Part shown: piece by piece, positions 32,057-41,703 of the stretch
Layout: each line of letters opens with the position of its first letter
Numbering within the stretch: position 1 is the stretch's first letter
From: Poseidonia sp.
Lineage (GTDB): Archaea; Thermoplasmatota; Poseidoniia; Poseidoniales; Poseidoniaceae
Assembly (NCBI GenBank): GCA_016779705.1
Contig: JADHNB010000002.1
Span: forward strand, 1,017-65,016
Direction of reading: 5' to 3'
Length of the DNA: 64,000 bases
Notes under the pieces: generated by a model
The model's database searches: none
Told to the model about the DNA's origin: nothing
What the model saw: the letters and a program-made list of their open reading frames with translations, nothing else
Program-made: the position numbers and the translations under genes

Positions 32057-33817
32057 TCAGATGCGACGACGCAGACGTTCCATCGCAGCATCGGCTTGCG
32101 CCAACCCTTGCAACGTGGCTTCGATGTTGCTCACGCCCAACATCGCTTCGGCTTCAGCAATCGCCTGTTCACAGGCCCGCCGGTCGTCGTCCTGCACGTT
32201 AATGCCAGCGGCCTCGCATTGATTTCTCAACACCCGCCACTGGTCCATCACAAAGTCGTAGAGTTCCAACGCATCGTCACTGGCCTTCCCTTCGCGGTCA
32301 AGCGCTGCCGTCATGCGTTCAAGCAACATCCCCGCATGGCTCCATGAGCGAGCGTCGGCGGCTTTGATGATGTCCTCGAGGGAATCGGCCCAGGTTGCTT
32401 CATCGCTTCGCCCTTCGAACCGCTTCACCAATTGCTTCTTCTGTTTCAAGGCACGAAGGACATCGTCCATGGCCGCACGCTCACGTTCAATGGTACGCAC
32501 CACGCCATCGGCAAGACCAATCGCTTGACTGGCGTTGCCGGCTTCCAAGGCCGCTTCTGCCTGAATCAAGCGTTCTTCAAACGGCGGCCGGTCGAGACCG
32601 TCGGCTTGCTTGAGTTGACGAGCCGCTTCGGTAATCGCCGTTTTGGCACGCTCTGAGGCCCCTTCACCCGCTTCCAGTTGGGCAGGAATCACCATCGCAA
32701 ATTCATAAGCGTCCTTGGGTTGCTCTTGACGAAGTTTGTCCTTGGCTTGTTCAAGGAGGTCACGCAACGACGCCACGCCGTCTCCCTTCTTTCCATCAAG
32801 TGCCCGGGTGGCTTCAGCGATGCAGTCCTCTGCGCGCTTCCACCAGGTGAGGATCTCGTTCGCTCGTTTCTTGGCTTGCCTGAACAACAACTCGCCCTCG
32901 CGCAGCGAGCCGAGATTCACCTCCCGCTCGCCCATGTCGTAGGCTTTGCGCGGCCGTCGAGCGGTCGGGGCGACGGCCTCGGCCTGTTCGACCGACGCCA
33001 GCGCATCAGCTCGAATGATTTCCACATCATCGGCAAGGGAAAGCGCACGGTCCATGTCTTCCTCGCTTTCGTCCAGCAACCGCATGCCGTAGGCGGGGTC
33101 AAGGTGACCTTCTTCTTTGGCCGTGGTCAACAGGCTGGATGCTTGAGCAACGGCGGCGCCTTGAGCTTTCAATTCCAACAAGCGATTCTCGAGAGCGTCC
33201 AAGCGCCTTCGGAACGCTCGTCGTTCGACTTTTTGGTCGTCACCCACGGTCCATGAGTACACGGTATCGGCCACGGCCAAGCCACATAGGCCAAGGGCTG
33301 CGGCGCCTGAGGGCGAGGTCAACGAGTCGCTTTGAGTGAAGGTCAGGACCACGGCGGACGCCGTACCAATGCCGGTGAGAACGGCTCGATACCGCAACAC
33401 GCCGAAGTGCCCTCGCATGGTCCGCATCGCCACGTTTCGGCAAACCGCTCCAGAGATCAAAATCAGAGCACTTCCCCCCATGGCTGCATTGAACCGCTCG
33501 GGTAGACCCAATGCCCCCAAGACCAACAAAACCGGCCAAGCGACGGCTGTGGCCGAACCGAGCCGAGTTCGAGCGGAGGCGTCGTCAAGGGCGAGGTCTT
33601 GAACGAAGATGCCCCACATGACGAGGACCAAAGGCGCTCCAAGTTGAGAGAGCACCACACCATCGCCTGAAACCAAGGCCTTCAGACTCGGCCAAGCAAG
33701 CCAAACGGCACATCCGAGAAGCGTGAGGGCCGTGAACAAGGTGAGGTTTTCAACGCGTTTGACCCGAAGCGTGCGCTCGGCATCAATGGCCGAATCGGCG
33801 TCGGCCCAGGTGACCAT
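32057..33817 (-). CDS. Membrane protein (about 6 TM) with long helical/coiled-coil C-terminal domain
   Basis: Hydrophobic N-terminus followed by A/E/R-rich heptad-like helices. Confidence 0.7.
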   Translation of the reverse strand: MVTWADADSAIDAERTLRVKRVENLTLFTALTLLGCAVWLAWPSLKALVSGDGVVLSQLGAPLVLVMWGIFVQDLALDDASARTRLGSATAVAWPVLLVLGALGLPERFNAAMGGSALILISGAVCRNVAMRTMRGHFGVLRYRAVLTGIGTASAVVLTFTQSDSLTSPSGAAALGLCGLAVADTVYSWTVGDDQKVERRAFRRRLDALENRLLELKAQGAAVAQASSLLTTAKEEGHLDPAYGMRLLDESEEDMDRALSLADDVEIIRADALASVEQAEAVAPTARRPRKAYDMGEREVNLGSLREGELLFRQAKKRANEILTWWKRAEDCIAEATRALDGKKGDGVASLRDLLEQAKDKLRQEQPKDAYEFAMVIPAQLEAGEGASERAKTAITEAARQLKQADGLDRPPFEERLIQAEAALEAGNASQAIGLADGVVRTIERERAAMDDVLRALKQKKQLVKRFEGRSDEATWADSLEDIIKAADARSWSHAGMLLERMTAALDREGKASDDALELYDFVMDQWRVLRNQCEAAGINVQDDDRRACEQAIAEAEAMLGVSNIEATLQGLAQADAAMERLRRRI

Positions 33818-33941
33818 ACCCCGCTCACATCGGGGGTCCGTGATAATCACTCCGCTGAACAACTCCGCCATGGACCAACAACGGATTGAGCGGCAAGGTT
33901 CATGGGTGGCTTTCGAATCTCATCAAGTTAGAGGGAACCGT

Positions 33942-34883
33942 ATGCCGGGCTTGATCACGATGGATGACTTGACCAACGATGAAATTCTCAGCATCTTGGA
34001 CGATGCCGAGCGGCTGCTCCCGGTGGCGCAGGGCCACGTTTACCTCCCCCTGCTCCAGGGCAAAATACTGGGCAACCTCTTCTTCGAACCCAGCACTCGA
34101 ACCCGAATGTCGTTTGAAACCGCCATGAAGCGGTTGGGCGGCGAGGTGGTGAATCTGGGCGATGTTAAGACCTCCTCGGTGGTCAAAGGTGAGACCCTGT
34201 TCGATACGATTCAGATGGTTGACGGTTACACCGATATCATCGCGATGCGGCACCCGCGCCAAGGTGCAGCTCAATACGCCCAAGATTCGGCCCGCGTCCC
34301 CATTCTGAACGGCGGCGACGGCGCTGGCCATCACCCCACCCAAACCATGCTCGACCTCTTCACCATCCGCCAAGCCCACGGACGCTTGGATGGGTTGAAG
34401 GTCGTCCTGGCCGGAGATTTGCGATACGGTCGAACGGTGCATTCGCTCAGCCATGCCTTGACGCGATTCGGTTGCGAATTGGTGCTGGCCAGTCCCACCT
34501 TGCTGAAAATGCCCGCTGAAATCGTGTCAGACCTCAAGGCCCACGGGGCCAACGTCGTCGAAACCGAGGACTTGTTGAGCTCGTTGGGGGATGCTGATGT
34601 CGTGTACATGACGCGCATCCAAAAGGAACGCTTTGCCGACGAAGACGAGTACGCAAAGGTGGCGGGCGCCTACAAGCTTCACGCCTCCAACCTTGACGGG
34701 GCGAAGGAAAGCATGATCATCATGCACCCGCTTCCTCGAGTGGACGAAATTCACCCATCGGTCGATGGCACTCGGCACGCCCGTTACTTCGAGCAGGCGT
34801 TCAACGGCGTGGTGGCCCGGATGGCCCTGCTGTGTCGATTGCTTAATGTTCCCGTCCCCGCAACCGTTGGAGGTGAGGCTTGA
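33942..34883 (+). CDS. pyrB: Aspartate carbamoyltransferase catalytic subunit
   Basis: FFEPSTRT, HPTQ, YMTRIQKER and MHPLPR motifs. Confidence 0.97.
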   Translation: MPGLITMDDLTNDEILSILDDAERLLPVAQGHVYLPLLQGKILGNLFFEPSTRTRMSFETAMKRLGGEVVNLGDVKTSSVVKGETLFDTIQMVDGYTDIIAMRHPRQGAAQYAQDSARVPILNGGDGAGHHPTQTMLDLFTIRQAHGRLDGLKVVLAGDLRYGRTVHSLSHALTRFGCELVLASPTLLKMPAEIVSDLKAHGANVVETEDLLSSLGDADVVYMTRIQKERFADEDEYAKVAGAYKLHASNLDGAKESMIIMHPLPRVDEIHPSVDGTRHARYFEQAFNGVVARMALLCRLLNVPVPATVGGEA

Positions 34884-35359
34884 TGTCCCAAGAACACAAC
34901 ATGCGCCGGGTGACGGCGATTCGAAACGGTACCGTCATCGACCACATTCCTTCTGGCCACGCGATGCGAGTTCTCGAAATGCTGGGCATCAACCGAAGCA
35001 GTTCCGTTCCGGTATCGATGGTGATGAACGTTCCCTCAAAAAAGATGGGGACGAAAGACATCATCAAAGTCGAGGACCGCGAATTGACGCAGGACGAACT
35101 CAACCGCTTGGCTCTGGTGGCACCTGACGCTCACGTGGCGATCATTCGAGCCTACAGCGTGGCGGAGAAGTTGACCATTGAGTTGGGCGAGGAAGTGCAA
35201 AACGTGGTGCGATGCACCTTCTCAAACTGCATCACCACCAACCTTCGAGAACCGTTGCCTCACCGATTGAAGGTGCTTTCCCGTGAACCGCTCGAACTTC
35301 GGTGCCATTACTGCGGTCGCCCACAAGACCTCGAAGAATTGGTTCACAACGTCTTGTGA
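34883..35359 (+). CDS. pyrI: Aspartate carbamoyltransferase regulatory subunit
   Basis: GTVIDHI, KDIIKVE and C...NCIT...RCHYC zinc site. Confidence 0.96.
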   Translation: MSQEHNMRRVTAIRNGTVIDHIPSGHAMRVLEMLGINRSSSVPVSMVMNVPSKKMGTKDIIKVEDRELTQDELNRLALVAPDAHVAIIRAYSVAEKLTIELGEEVQNVVRCTFSNCITTNLREPLPHRLKVLSREPLELRCHYCGRPQDLEELVHNVL

Positions 35360-36369
35360 CCGCCCTTGACCCCTAACAGGTCGCGCATGTCGCAGGCCTT
35401 GCATTGAGCGCTTGAGCTCGGACTGCCACAACGTGGACAGGGTTGAGGAGGAGCCGGACGGGTTTCGCCGCCGCCCAAATGGACGACTTGGTCCCGCAGG
35501 TGCTTGATTTGGTCCGCCATACGCACCAACCCGTGACGGGTACCGGGCACATCGTCTTCCATGCGGGCCACCATCTCCCGATGGCGCCATCGAAGCGCCC
35601 CGCGTGCGTTCGGGCACTCCTCATGATGAAGCGGCAACGCTCGATGGAGGGCGTAGAGGTGAACCTCTTGCTCGGGCACCCAACGCAGCGGTACAATGCG
35701 TGGCGCAAGACCGTCCACGGGCGTGGTCGTGTGGGGTGCCAGTCGCAACGTCCGTTCAATGTCGGCATTGGCCATGTTCATGAGGACGGTTTGGGCCATG
35801 TCGTCCAGATTGTGACCTAAAGCGATCACATCGGCCCCCACTTTGTTGGCGAGGTGATTGATGCCTTGTCGCCTGAAGACACCGCAATAGGAACAGGCCA
35901 TTCGAGGGGCATCGTTGTCCTTCTCAATCACCATCGGGAGGCGTTGAACCACCTCGTCCATCTCGAGAAACGAAAGTTCGGGATAGGTGACCACGTGGTG
36001 GTCAACACCAAGACGCTCGCAAAGGGACGCCGCACAGGTGATGGACGGCGGGCGATAGCCCTCGATGCCTTCGTCCACGGTCCCGGCGACGATCGTGACG
36101 TCCGGTCGTTTTCCGAGCAGATCCACCAAGACATCCAGCAAAACGGCCGAATCTTTGCCGCCCGAAACCGCCACGAGAACGGTGGTGTGCGAGCCTTTTT
36201 CCAACGGGAGTTGGAGGCGAAGTTCCTTGCTGATTTTCTTTCGAACGGATTTCGCAAGATGCTTGCCACAAAGGATGCGCCCCGAATACGCTTGCTCAAC
36301 CACGGCGGGTTTGTCGCACGAATCGCATTGAGGGAGGGCGAAAGGAAGTCCTCCTCCTGCGGCGTCCAT
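35344..36369 (-). CDS. tRNA 2-thiolation protein (Ncs6/TtuA/TtcA family)
   Basis: N-terminal CxxC, SGGKDS PP-loop, CSYCGVFRR, GHNLDD, ECP and C-terminal CxxC...CxxC. Confidence 0.9.
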   Translation of the reverse strand: MDAAGGGLPFALPQCDSCDKPAVVEQAYSGRILCGKHLAKSVRKKISKELRLQLPLEKGSHTTVLVAVSGGKDSAVLLDVLVDLLGKRPDVTIVAGTVDEGIEGYRPPSITCAASLCERLGVDHHVVTYPELSFLEMDEVVQRLPMVIEKDNDAPRMACSYCGVFRRQGINHLANKVGADVIALGHNLDDMAQTVLMNMANADIERTLRLAPHTTTPVDGLAPRIVPLRWVPEQEVHLYALHRALPLHHEECPNARGALRWRHREMVARMEDDVPGTRHGLVRMADQIKHLRDQVVHLGGGETRPAPPQPCPRCGSPSSSAQCKACDMRDLLGVKGGHKTL

Positions 36370-36693
36370 GGGCCATCCTCGTGGGCGCTCTCGTTTCAAA
36401 TCAGCGGCGTTCAATGGGCGGCAACCAGGGTCATCCGGAAGATGAATTCCCAATTGAAAAATTAAATTCGCAATTGCTATTTTTTGACATAAAATCGACA
36501 AAACGCACACGCCTCATCTGCCGGCCCGCCCCCTCCATCTCTTCAAAAAAAGCGATGCTGCGACGTGGTTGGTGGCAAACGAAAACTGAATTTCCAGTTG
36601 GAAAATCGCAAAGGGTCGGCAAACGACCGTCTTGCAGGGTTTGAGCGCAAAACTTCTTGAAGGCTACAGCGGTGTCAAGCGTCTTGAGAAGTC

Positions 36694-37035
36694 ATGTTGC
36701 ACCGTCTCCTCGCCGAATTTCTTCGTCACGACGACCTCACGCAGGCGGTCGTCATCGATGACATGGGCAGGATGCTTTCCAGTGTCGGTGAACAGGGGAC
36801 GCTGCCGCCGACCAACGAAGCCATCCATCTCACGAACGCTGCCTTATCGGCCGCACAGCACACCGAATTTGGGACCTTGCACGAACTCTGGATCGAAGGC
36901 AAGGACACCACCGTCATCGATGTCCTCACCCCGTACCGAATTCTCATGCTCAAAGGCAAGAACGGCCATCTTGCCCGCTGGCGGCACAGCACCGACCGTA
37001 TGCGAAAACAATTGGCCACGACCCCCGAATTCTAA
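36694..37035 (+). CDS. Roadblock/LC7 (MglB-like) small protein
   Basis: 113 aa with helix, QAVVIDDMGRMLSS beta-hairpin, helix, FGTLHELWIEG strands and terminal helix, the Roadblock topology. Confidence 0.65.
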   Translation: MLHRLLAEFLRHDDLTQAVVIDDMGRMLSSVGEQGTLPPTNEAIHLTNAALSAAQHTEFGTLHELWIEGKDTTVIDVLTPYRILMLKGKNGHLARWRHSTDRMRKQLATTPEF

Positions 37036-37046
37036 GGTGAAGCACC

Positions 37047-40000
37047 ATGTTTGAACTGCCCCAAGGAAAACCCGTCAACGAACCCGTCTCGCTGGTGGAA
37101 GGCGAACTGCAAGCCTTTGCCCACGGAGCGATCTCAACCTACATCGGCCGTCGAAAAACCCCGGTTGGCCACCGCTTGGTGCGTGGCGGTCGCATCGTTG
37201 GATGGGTGGCCGAGGGGAAAGGCGCCAACGAAATCCTGGGAGGAAGCGAAGCCAGAACCGCCCTTGAGGCGCTTGAAGGCGAACAAAAAGCCCGCCACTT
37301 GGCCACGTCCTACACGTTGAACGGGCTGGGAAGTTTAGCCGAAGTGCTGCCCGAGGCGTTTGTTCACCAAGCCGACCGGCAAGGCCTCAAAGCCGCACAA
37401 AACACGGTCGAACGCTTGTTGGCACGAGACCTTTCAACGGTCATTCGTGAACTCAGTGCTCACCCAACGGTTCGTGGGGCCATGGCGGTTGATGCGGGCA
37501 TGCTCATCGACCATGCAGGTGACCTCCCCGGCTTGGGCCAGGAAGAATCTTTGGCGAGTGAAATCCATGAACTCCTTTCCAAAATGCGGCCCGAGACGTT
37601 GAGCGAAGAACTCGGCATGAAAGGCCACGGGCATTGGACCCTGCACAGTGGCGATGGTGCGTTGTTGCTGGCGCAAAGCGGAGAGATTTCCGTGGCCGTA
37701 TGGACCGAGAAAGACGCCAATCACGCCCGGTTGCTCGCAACGGCTTCCGTTGCTCTGGATGGCGAAGCCGTGGCTGCGGGATCTCACGGAACAAAACTTC
37801 CCGAGGGGTTCACGCTTCGCGAAGGTCGGGGCGGCCCCGACGCCGTGGTGTCAATGCTCAAAGCGGGTCTTGACGAAGACGTGACGGGGCACATCCAAGC
37901 CGGTTCCTCGAGCAAAGCCGTTTCGTTGATCTTGCAGCGGGGCGTTCCCGTCGCCCTTTGGGCTCCTTCGGAGGAGACCATGGAAGATGCGGTGATGGGT
38001 TTGACCGAGTCCAAACGGAAAGTCAAGCTTCTTCGATTCCCTGCGGGCACCATCGTGTCCAACAAGTCAGGGACGGTGGATGCCTTCTCGTTGAATGAAT
38101 TCACCCAACTTCTCGCCACCGTTCGTACGCGCTCAGAAGCACGTCAAGCCTCGCTCAAGGCACTTCTTGACGAATTGTTGGGCTTTGAGGCCGGGATTGA
38201 GTCCTTGAAGAAAGCCCGCTCCGGCATGACCTTTGCAGGAGGGAGCATGGAGGTCGCTGAGCCCCTTCCGTTGATGGGTGAACAAGCGGTCAGTGCCGTC
38301 GACGCAGGTTTGCGCCGTCGCCTTGAACAAGCCGAACAAACCATTGATGAACTCAACAAGCTCAATGCGGTGCTTGAAACTCAAGTGAAAGCCGTCGAAA
38401 AGAAGCGGGAAGCCGCCCAAATCGTTGCGAGAGAGGCGACGGAAACTCGGCAGGAAAACACGGTGGCGTTGGAGGACGCCCATGCAAAACTAAACTCAAT
38501 GCAAGTGGATTTGGCCCAAGCACGAAGTCAATCCGAAGAAGCCGAAGCTCGTGCCGAACGTCTGCTGCGTCGCGTGAACGAACTGGAGCATCAGGTGAGT
38601 GAGCGGGCCGCTGAACTTGCAAAAGCGGTTGGTGATGCGGCCAGCAGCGAAGCTCTCCACGAACTGATTGAATCGTTGGCCTTGAAAGAAGCGGAATTGC
38701 AAGCCAACTTGACCGAGGGAGCGCAACGGCTCAACAACATTCGTCAGCAGAGCGAGGACGAAGAGCGACGATTGCGCGTGCTCTCCGAGCAGGTCAACAC
38801 CACCCGAGAGCGCCACGCTCGCACGCAAGCCGACTTGTTGGCGCTGCAGGAACAAGTTCACCTCAACAACATGGAACTCGATGCGGTTCGTGCAGAAGAA
38901 AAGCAGGTTCGCCAACGAACCGACGAAGAACGCACGCGACGAGCGGAAGACGAAGCCCGTCGAGCCAACTTGCAAGCCGAACTTCGGGAATTGATGGACG
39001 AACGACGGACGTTGTTGCGAGAACTCGGTGACTTGGGAGCACGACGAGGCCACAGTGAAGCCGAATTGGCGTCGCTGGTTGACAAGGCGTCAGCCTTGGC
39101 CGAAGCGCATGAAGAAGCGCTCGCTGACATCCAAGAGGCCGAACGATTGCGGGCCCGACTCGCTGAGGAGCCGCTCGCTCAAGCCCTGCTTGACGACAAC
39201 AACACCTTCCAAGGGCTAGGCCCGGTGTTGGAACGCTTGGAACACGCCCGAAGCCTCGGCTATTCGGTGACGCTGCTGGACCGAGCGGTCGAGCGGGCGT
39301 TGCAGGTGATTCAATCCACCGTTGACCATGTCGCGGCCACACCCCGCCATCTCCTCTCTTCCGAGGTCATGACCCTGTTGGAGCGGCAAGTCCCCCAAAC
39401 GGCGGGAGCCGTCCGTGGATTGGCGCGGTGGTCGGTGCAACAACGTTTGGAGCACCAACTCGGGGAGACCGTCAACCATGTGGTCTTGGATTTGGAACAT
39501 CTCCTCGAGGATTTTGACCGGTCCATCACCATGTTGCGGCGAATTCGCAACGTTCTGGAACAGATCGAGCGGCTCGGAGCGCCAAGTCATGAGGTCCAAG
39601 CCCTGTTGGCCAATTGCCAGCGACCCGAGGCGCTGCCAAGCCTTGCCCAGGGAACACGACGCCTGATTCAAGTGGCTCTTGACGACATTTATTTGGAAGC
39701 CGACCAACGAGATGCGGGCGAAGCCATTGGACTGGAGGAAACCGCCCGAGTGCTTGAAGAGCTCATCACGCAACTCGACGCTTCGGGCTTGACCGACGGC
39801 CGACCTCGCGGCATGATGTGGGACTTCCAGCGTGACGGCTACCTTCCCTTTGAGCGGGAATCGGTGCCGACTGAACAGCGAATTCCCGTGAGTGAATCGA
39901 TGATGGAAGACTTGGAGTCCACGCTCATCAACGCCGAGGTGGTCTCGTCCATCGAGCCGAGCAACACCGCCCGTGTGGATGAAGAGGGGTGGAGTGAGTT

Positions 40001-40235
40001 GCCACCGCCCAACGACGAAGAAACGGAGGCCTTGGAGGTCAGCGGACGCGTCCTGACCTCAACCTCAGCCGTTGCCTCAATGGAAGATGAGCGAGCCGCC
40101 TTGGAAGCCGAATTGGCCCGATTGGACGCCGAACGGCACCATCGCTCGGTGACGGCCACGGTTCCCGCCGCCTCGACGCCTGCCGATGCCGCCCTAGCGT
40201 CCTTGGAATCCAAACTTTCCAACCTTGACTTCTAA
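37047..40235 (+). CDS. Large multidomain protein: DUF2226/PATAN-like, Roadblock, DUF2226/PATAN-like, long coiled coil, helical domain, acidic tail
   Basis: Two units beginning LP.G, an internal VRGAMAVDAGMLI Roadblock pattern and about 300 aa of heptad repeats; GGTGA Shine-Dalgarno. Confidence 0.65.
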   Translation: MFELPQGKPVNEPVSLVEGELQAFAHGAISTYIGRRKTPVGHRLVRGGRIVGWVAEGKGANEILGGSEARTALEALEGEQKARHLATSYTLNGLGSLAEVLPEAFVHQADRQGLKAAQNTVERLLARDLSTVIRELSAHPTVRGAMAVDAGMLIDHAGDLPGLGQEESLASEIHELLSKMRPETLSEELGMKGHGHWTLHSGDGALLLAQSGEISVAVWTEKDANHARLLATASVALDGEAVAAGSHGTKLPEGFTLREGRGGPDAVVSMLKAGLDEDVTGHIQAGSSSKAVSLILQRGVPVALWAPSEETMEDAVMGLTESKRKVKLLRFPAGTIVSNKSGTVDAFSLNEFTQLLATVRTRSEARQASLKALLDELLGFEAGIESLKKARSGMTFAGGSMEVAEPLPLMGEQAVSAVDAGLRRRLEQAEQTIDELNKLNAVLETQVKAVEKKREAAQIVAREATETRQENTVALEDAHAKLNSMQVDLAQARSQSEEAEARAERLLRRVNELEHQVSERAAELAKAVGDAASSEALHELIESLALKEAELQANLTEGAQRLNNIRQQSEDEERRLRVLSEQVNTTRERHARTQADLLALQEQVHLNNMELDAVRAEEKQVRQRTDEERTRRAEDEARRANLQAELRELMDERRTLLRELGDLGARRGHSEAELASLVDKASALAEAHEEALADIQEAERLRARLAEEPLAQALLDDNNTFQGLGPVLERLEHARSLGYSVTLLDRAVERALQVIQSTVDHVAATPRHLLSSEVMTLLERQVPQTAGAVRGLARWSVQQRLEHQLGETVNHVVLDLEHLLEDFDRSITMLRRIRNVLEQIERLGAPSHEVQALLANCQRPEALPSLAQGTRRLIQVALDDIYLEADQRDAGEAIGLEETARVLEELITQLDASGLTDGRPRGMMWDFQRDGYLPFERESVPTEQRIPVSESMMEDLESTLINAEVVSSIEPSNTARVDEEGWSELPPPNDEETEALEVSGRVLTSTSAVASMEDERAALEAELARLDAERHHRSVTATVPAASTPADAALASLESKLSNLDF

Positions 40236-40247
40236 CGGTGAGCAAAC

Positions 40248-40496
40248 ATGACGCAGGCCACCCCCCTCATCGGTCGTGAGGAAACGCAAGGCCGGCCCTA
40301 TCCGTTATGGATTGAACGGGTCTTGTTGGTGTTGGCGGCCGTGACCTTCGTGATGGGCGCCAACGGCGTCGCTGAATCGATTGACCACCCTGTTTTGGGG
40401 CCGCTGGCCGCTTATCTGGCGTTCCCGTTGCTTCTCCTCGCCGTCGTGGAACTGCTCGGTCGGATGGTCCAGACGAGGCACGCCTCAAGGTTGTGA
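40248..40496 (+). CDS. Small 2-TM membrane protein
   Basis: GGTGA Shine-Dalgarno; two hydrophobic helices; third gene of the apparent operon. Confidence 0.6.
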   Translation: MTQATPLIGREETQGRPYPLWIERVLLVLAAVTFVMGANGVAESIDHPVLGPLAAYLAFPLLLLAVVELLGRMVQTRHASRL

Positions 40497-41702
40497 GAAA
40501 TCCTTGCCAGCCGGTTTCGAAGGAAGACGGTTGGTTCGTGCCTGGATGAACCCGATCACCCGTTGCCATGGGATGAAGAATCGCAACACTGCCATCATGC
40601 TCAAGAAGAGAAGAGCGGAAATCACGAGACCGTAGGTGAGGGTCAGTTCAATCGATTCCGAAACCTGGCCCGCCCATTGGCTACCGGTGGTGTCCGAAAC
40701 CACGGTGAGCAGCACTTTGTGGAAACCGAGTGCGACCATCGTGGCGACGCCGGTGAGGCCGAGGAAGAGGAAGGTGTGGCGGAGGTGCGTGTTGAGAACG
40801 TTGTCCATTTGACGGACGTATTCGGGGTCTCGCTTACAGGATTCAGGGAGGCGGAAGGCGTACTCGAGGTTTCGAATCACCCCATAACTCGCTTCTTGGA
40901 AGACCATGATCAGGACCGCAATGAGGATCAAATTGAATTGCTCTTGAGTGACCAATTTCAAACCGAACAGGCCGATCGTGGGGTTGGAGGTCTGACTCTC
41001 AAGCGTGGCGAGGGTGCCGCCGTAGGAGCCGAGCTGGGATTTGATGAGCGGGAAGGTCAAAATGGCGTGAATCCCCAAGAAAAGCAACGTGAAGCCAATG
41101 GCCCAAGCGATGGAACGACGGGAAAGTCCCCAAATGCCTCGGGTGCCCATGATGACGGGCAAGAGGTAAATGAACAGAATAAGCAAGGACATGATCATGA
41201 GCAACGGCCACTGGAGGGTCTCCAGTTCAGCATCGGTGGGTAGGCGCAAATCAAACGAAAACAACATCCCGGCGAACCACGACAACACCAACCGACCAAC
41301 GAGGAGCACGATGAGCCCGACGATGAACCCGAGTTTAATGCGCTGCTGAACTTTCGGGGTCTGGAAGGCGATGAACGCCATCATACCACCAAGGCTCAAT
41401 CCAAGCACGAGGGGGACGAAGAATCGGCCCATGCCGTCCCTTCCCTCGCCGGTCAACCAGTCACCAAGAGGAAGTTGGTCAGAAATCAACAGTTCGATGG
41501 TGTCAAACAGAATGGTGTGGTCGATGGAACCCACGACGTAGGTGGACACGACTTCGAGGTACATCGCCACCAACGCTACCGTCGCCAAGATCTGCAGGGC
41601 CAAAATTTGCCATTGTTTCCGCAGATTCTTGAGGTGCAGGGTTCGAGGCTTGGCACTGCCTTCGAGGTACACATCGGATTGTAGACCCACTTCACCTGCC
41701 AT
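40485..41702 (-). CDS. Polytopic hypothetical membrane protein (about 8 TM)
   Basis: Hydrophobic ORF translationally coupled to the DUF58 gene. Confidence 0.7.
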   Translation of the reverse strand: MAGEVGLQSDVYLEGSAKPRTLHLKNLRKQWQILALQILATVALVAMYLEVVSTYVVGSIDHTILFDTIELLISDQLPLGDWLTGEGRDGMGRFFVPLVLGLSLGGMMAFIAFQTPKVQQRIKLGFIVGLIVLLVGRLVLSWFAGMLFSFDLRLPTDAELETLQWPLLMIMSLLILFIYLLPVIMGTRGIWGLSRRSIAWAIGFTLLFLGIHAILTFPLIKSQLGSYGGTLATLESQTSNPTIGLFGLKLVTQEQFNLILIAVLIMVFQEASYGVIRNLEYAFRLPESCKRDPEYVRQMDNVLNTHLRHTFLFLGLTGVATMVALGFHKVLLTVVSDTTGSQWAGQVSESIELTLTYGLVISALLFLSMMAVLRFFIPWQRVIGFIQARTNRLPSKPAGKDFSQP

Positions 41703-41703
41703 T

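Noticed and set aside
37047..40235. SMC/Rad50-type ATPase
   Set aside because: No Walker A/B or signature motif; only the coiled coil is shared
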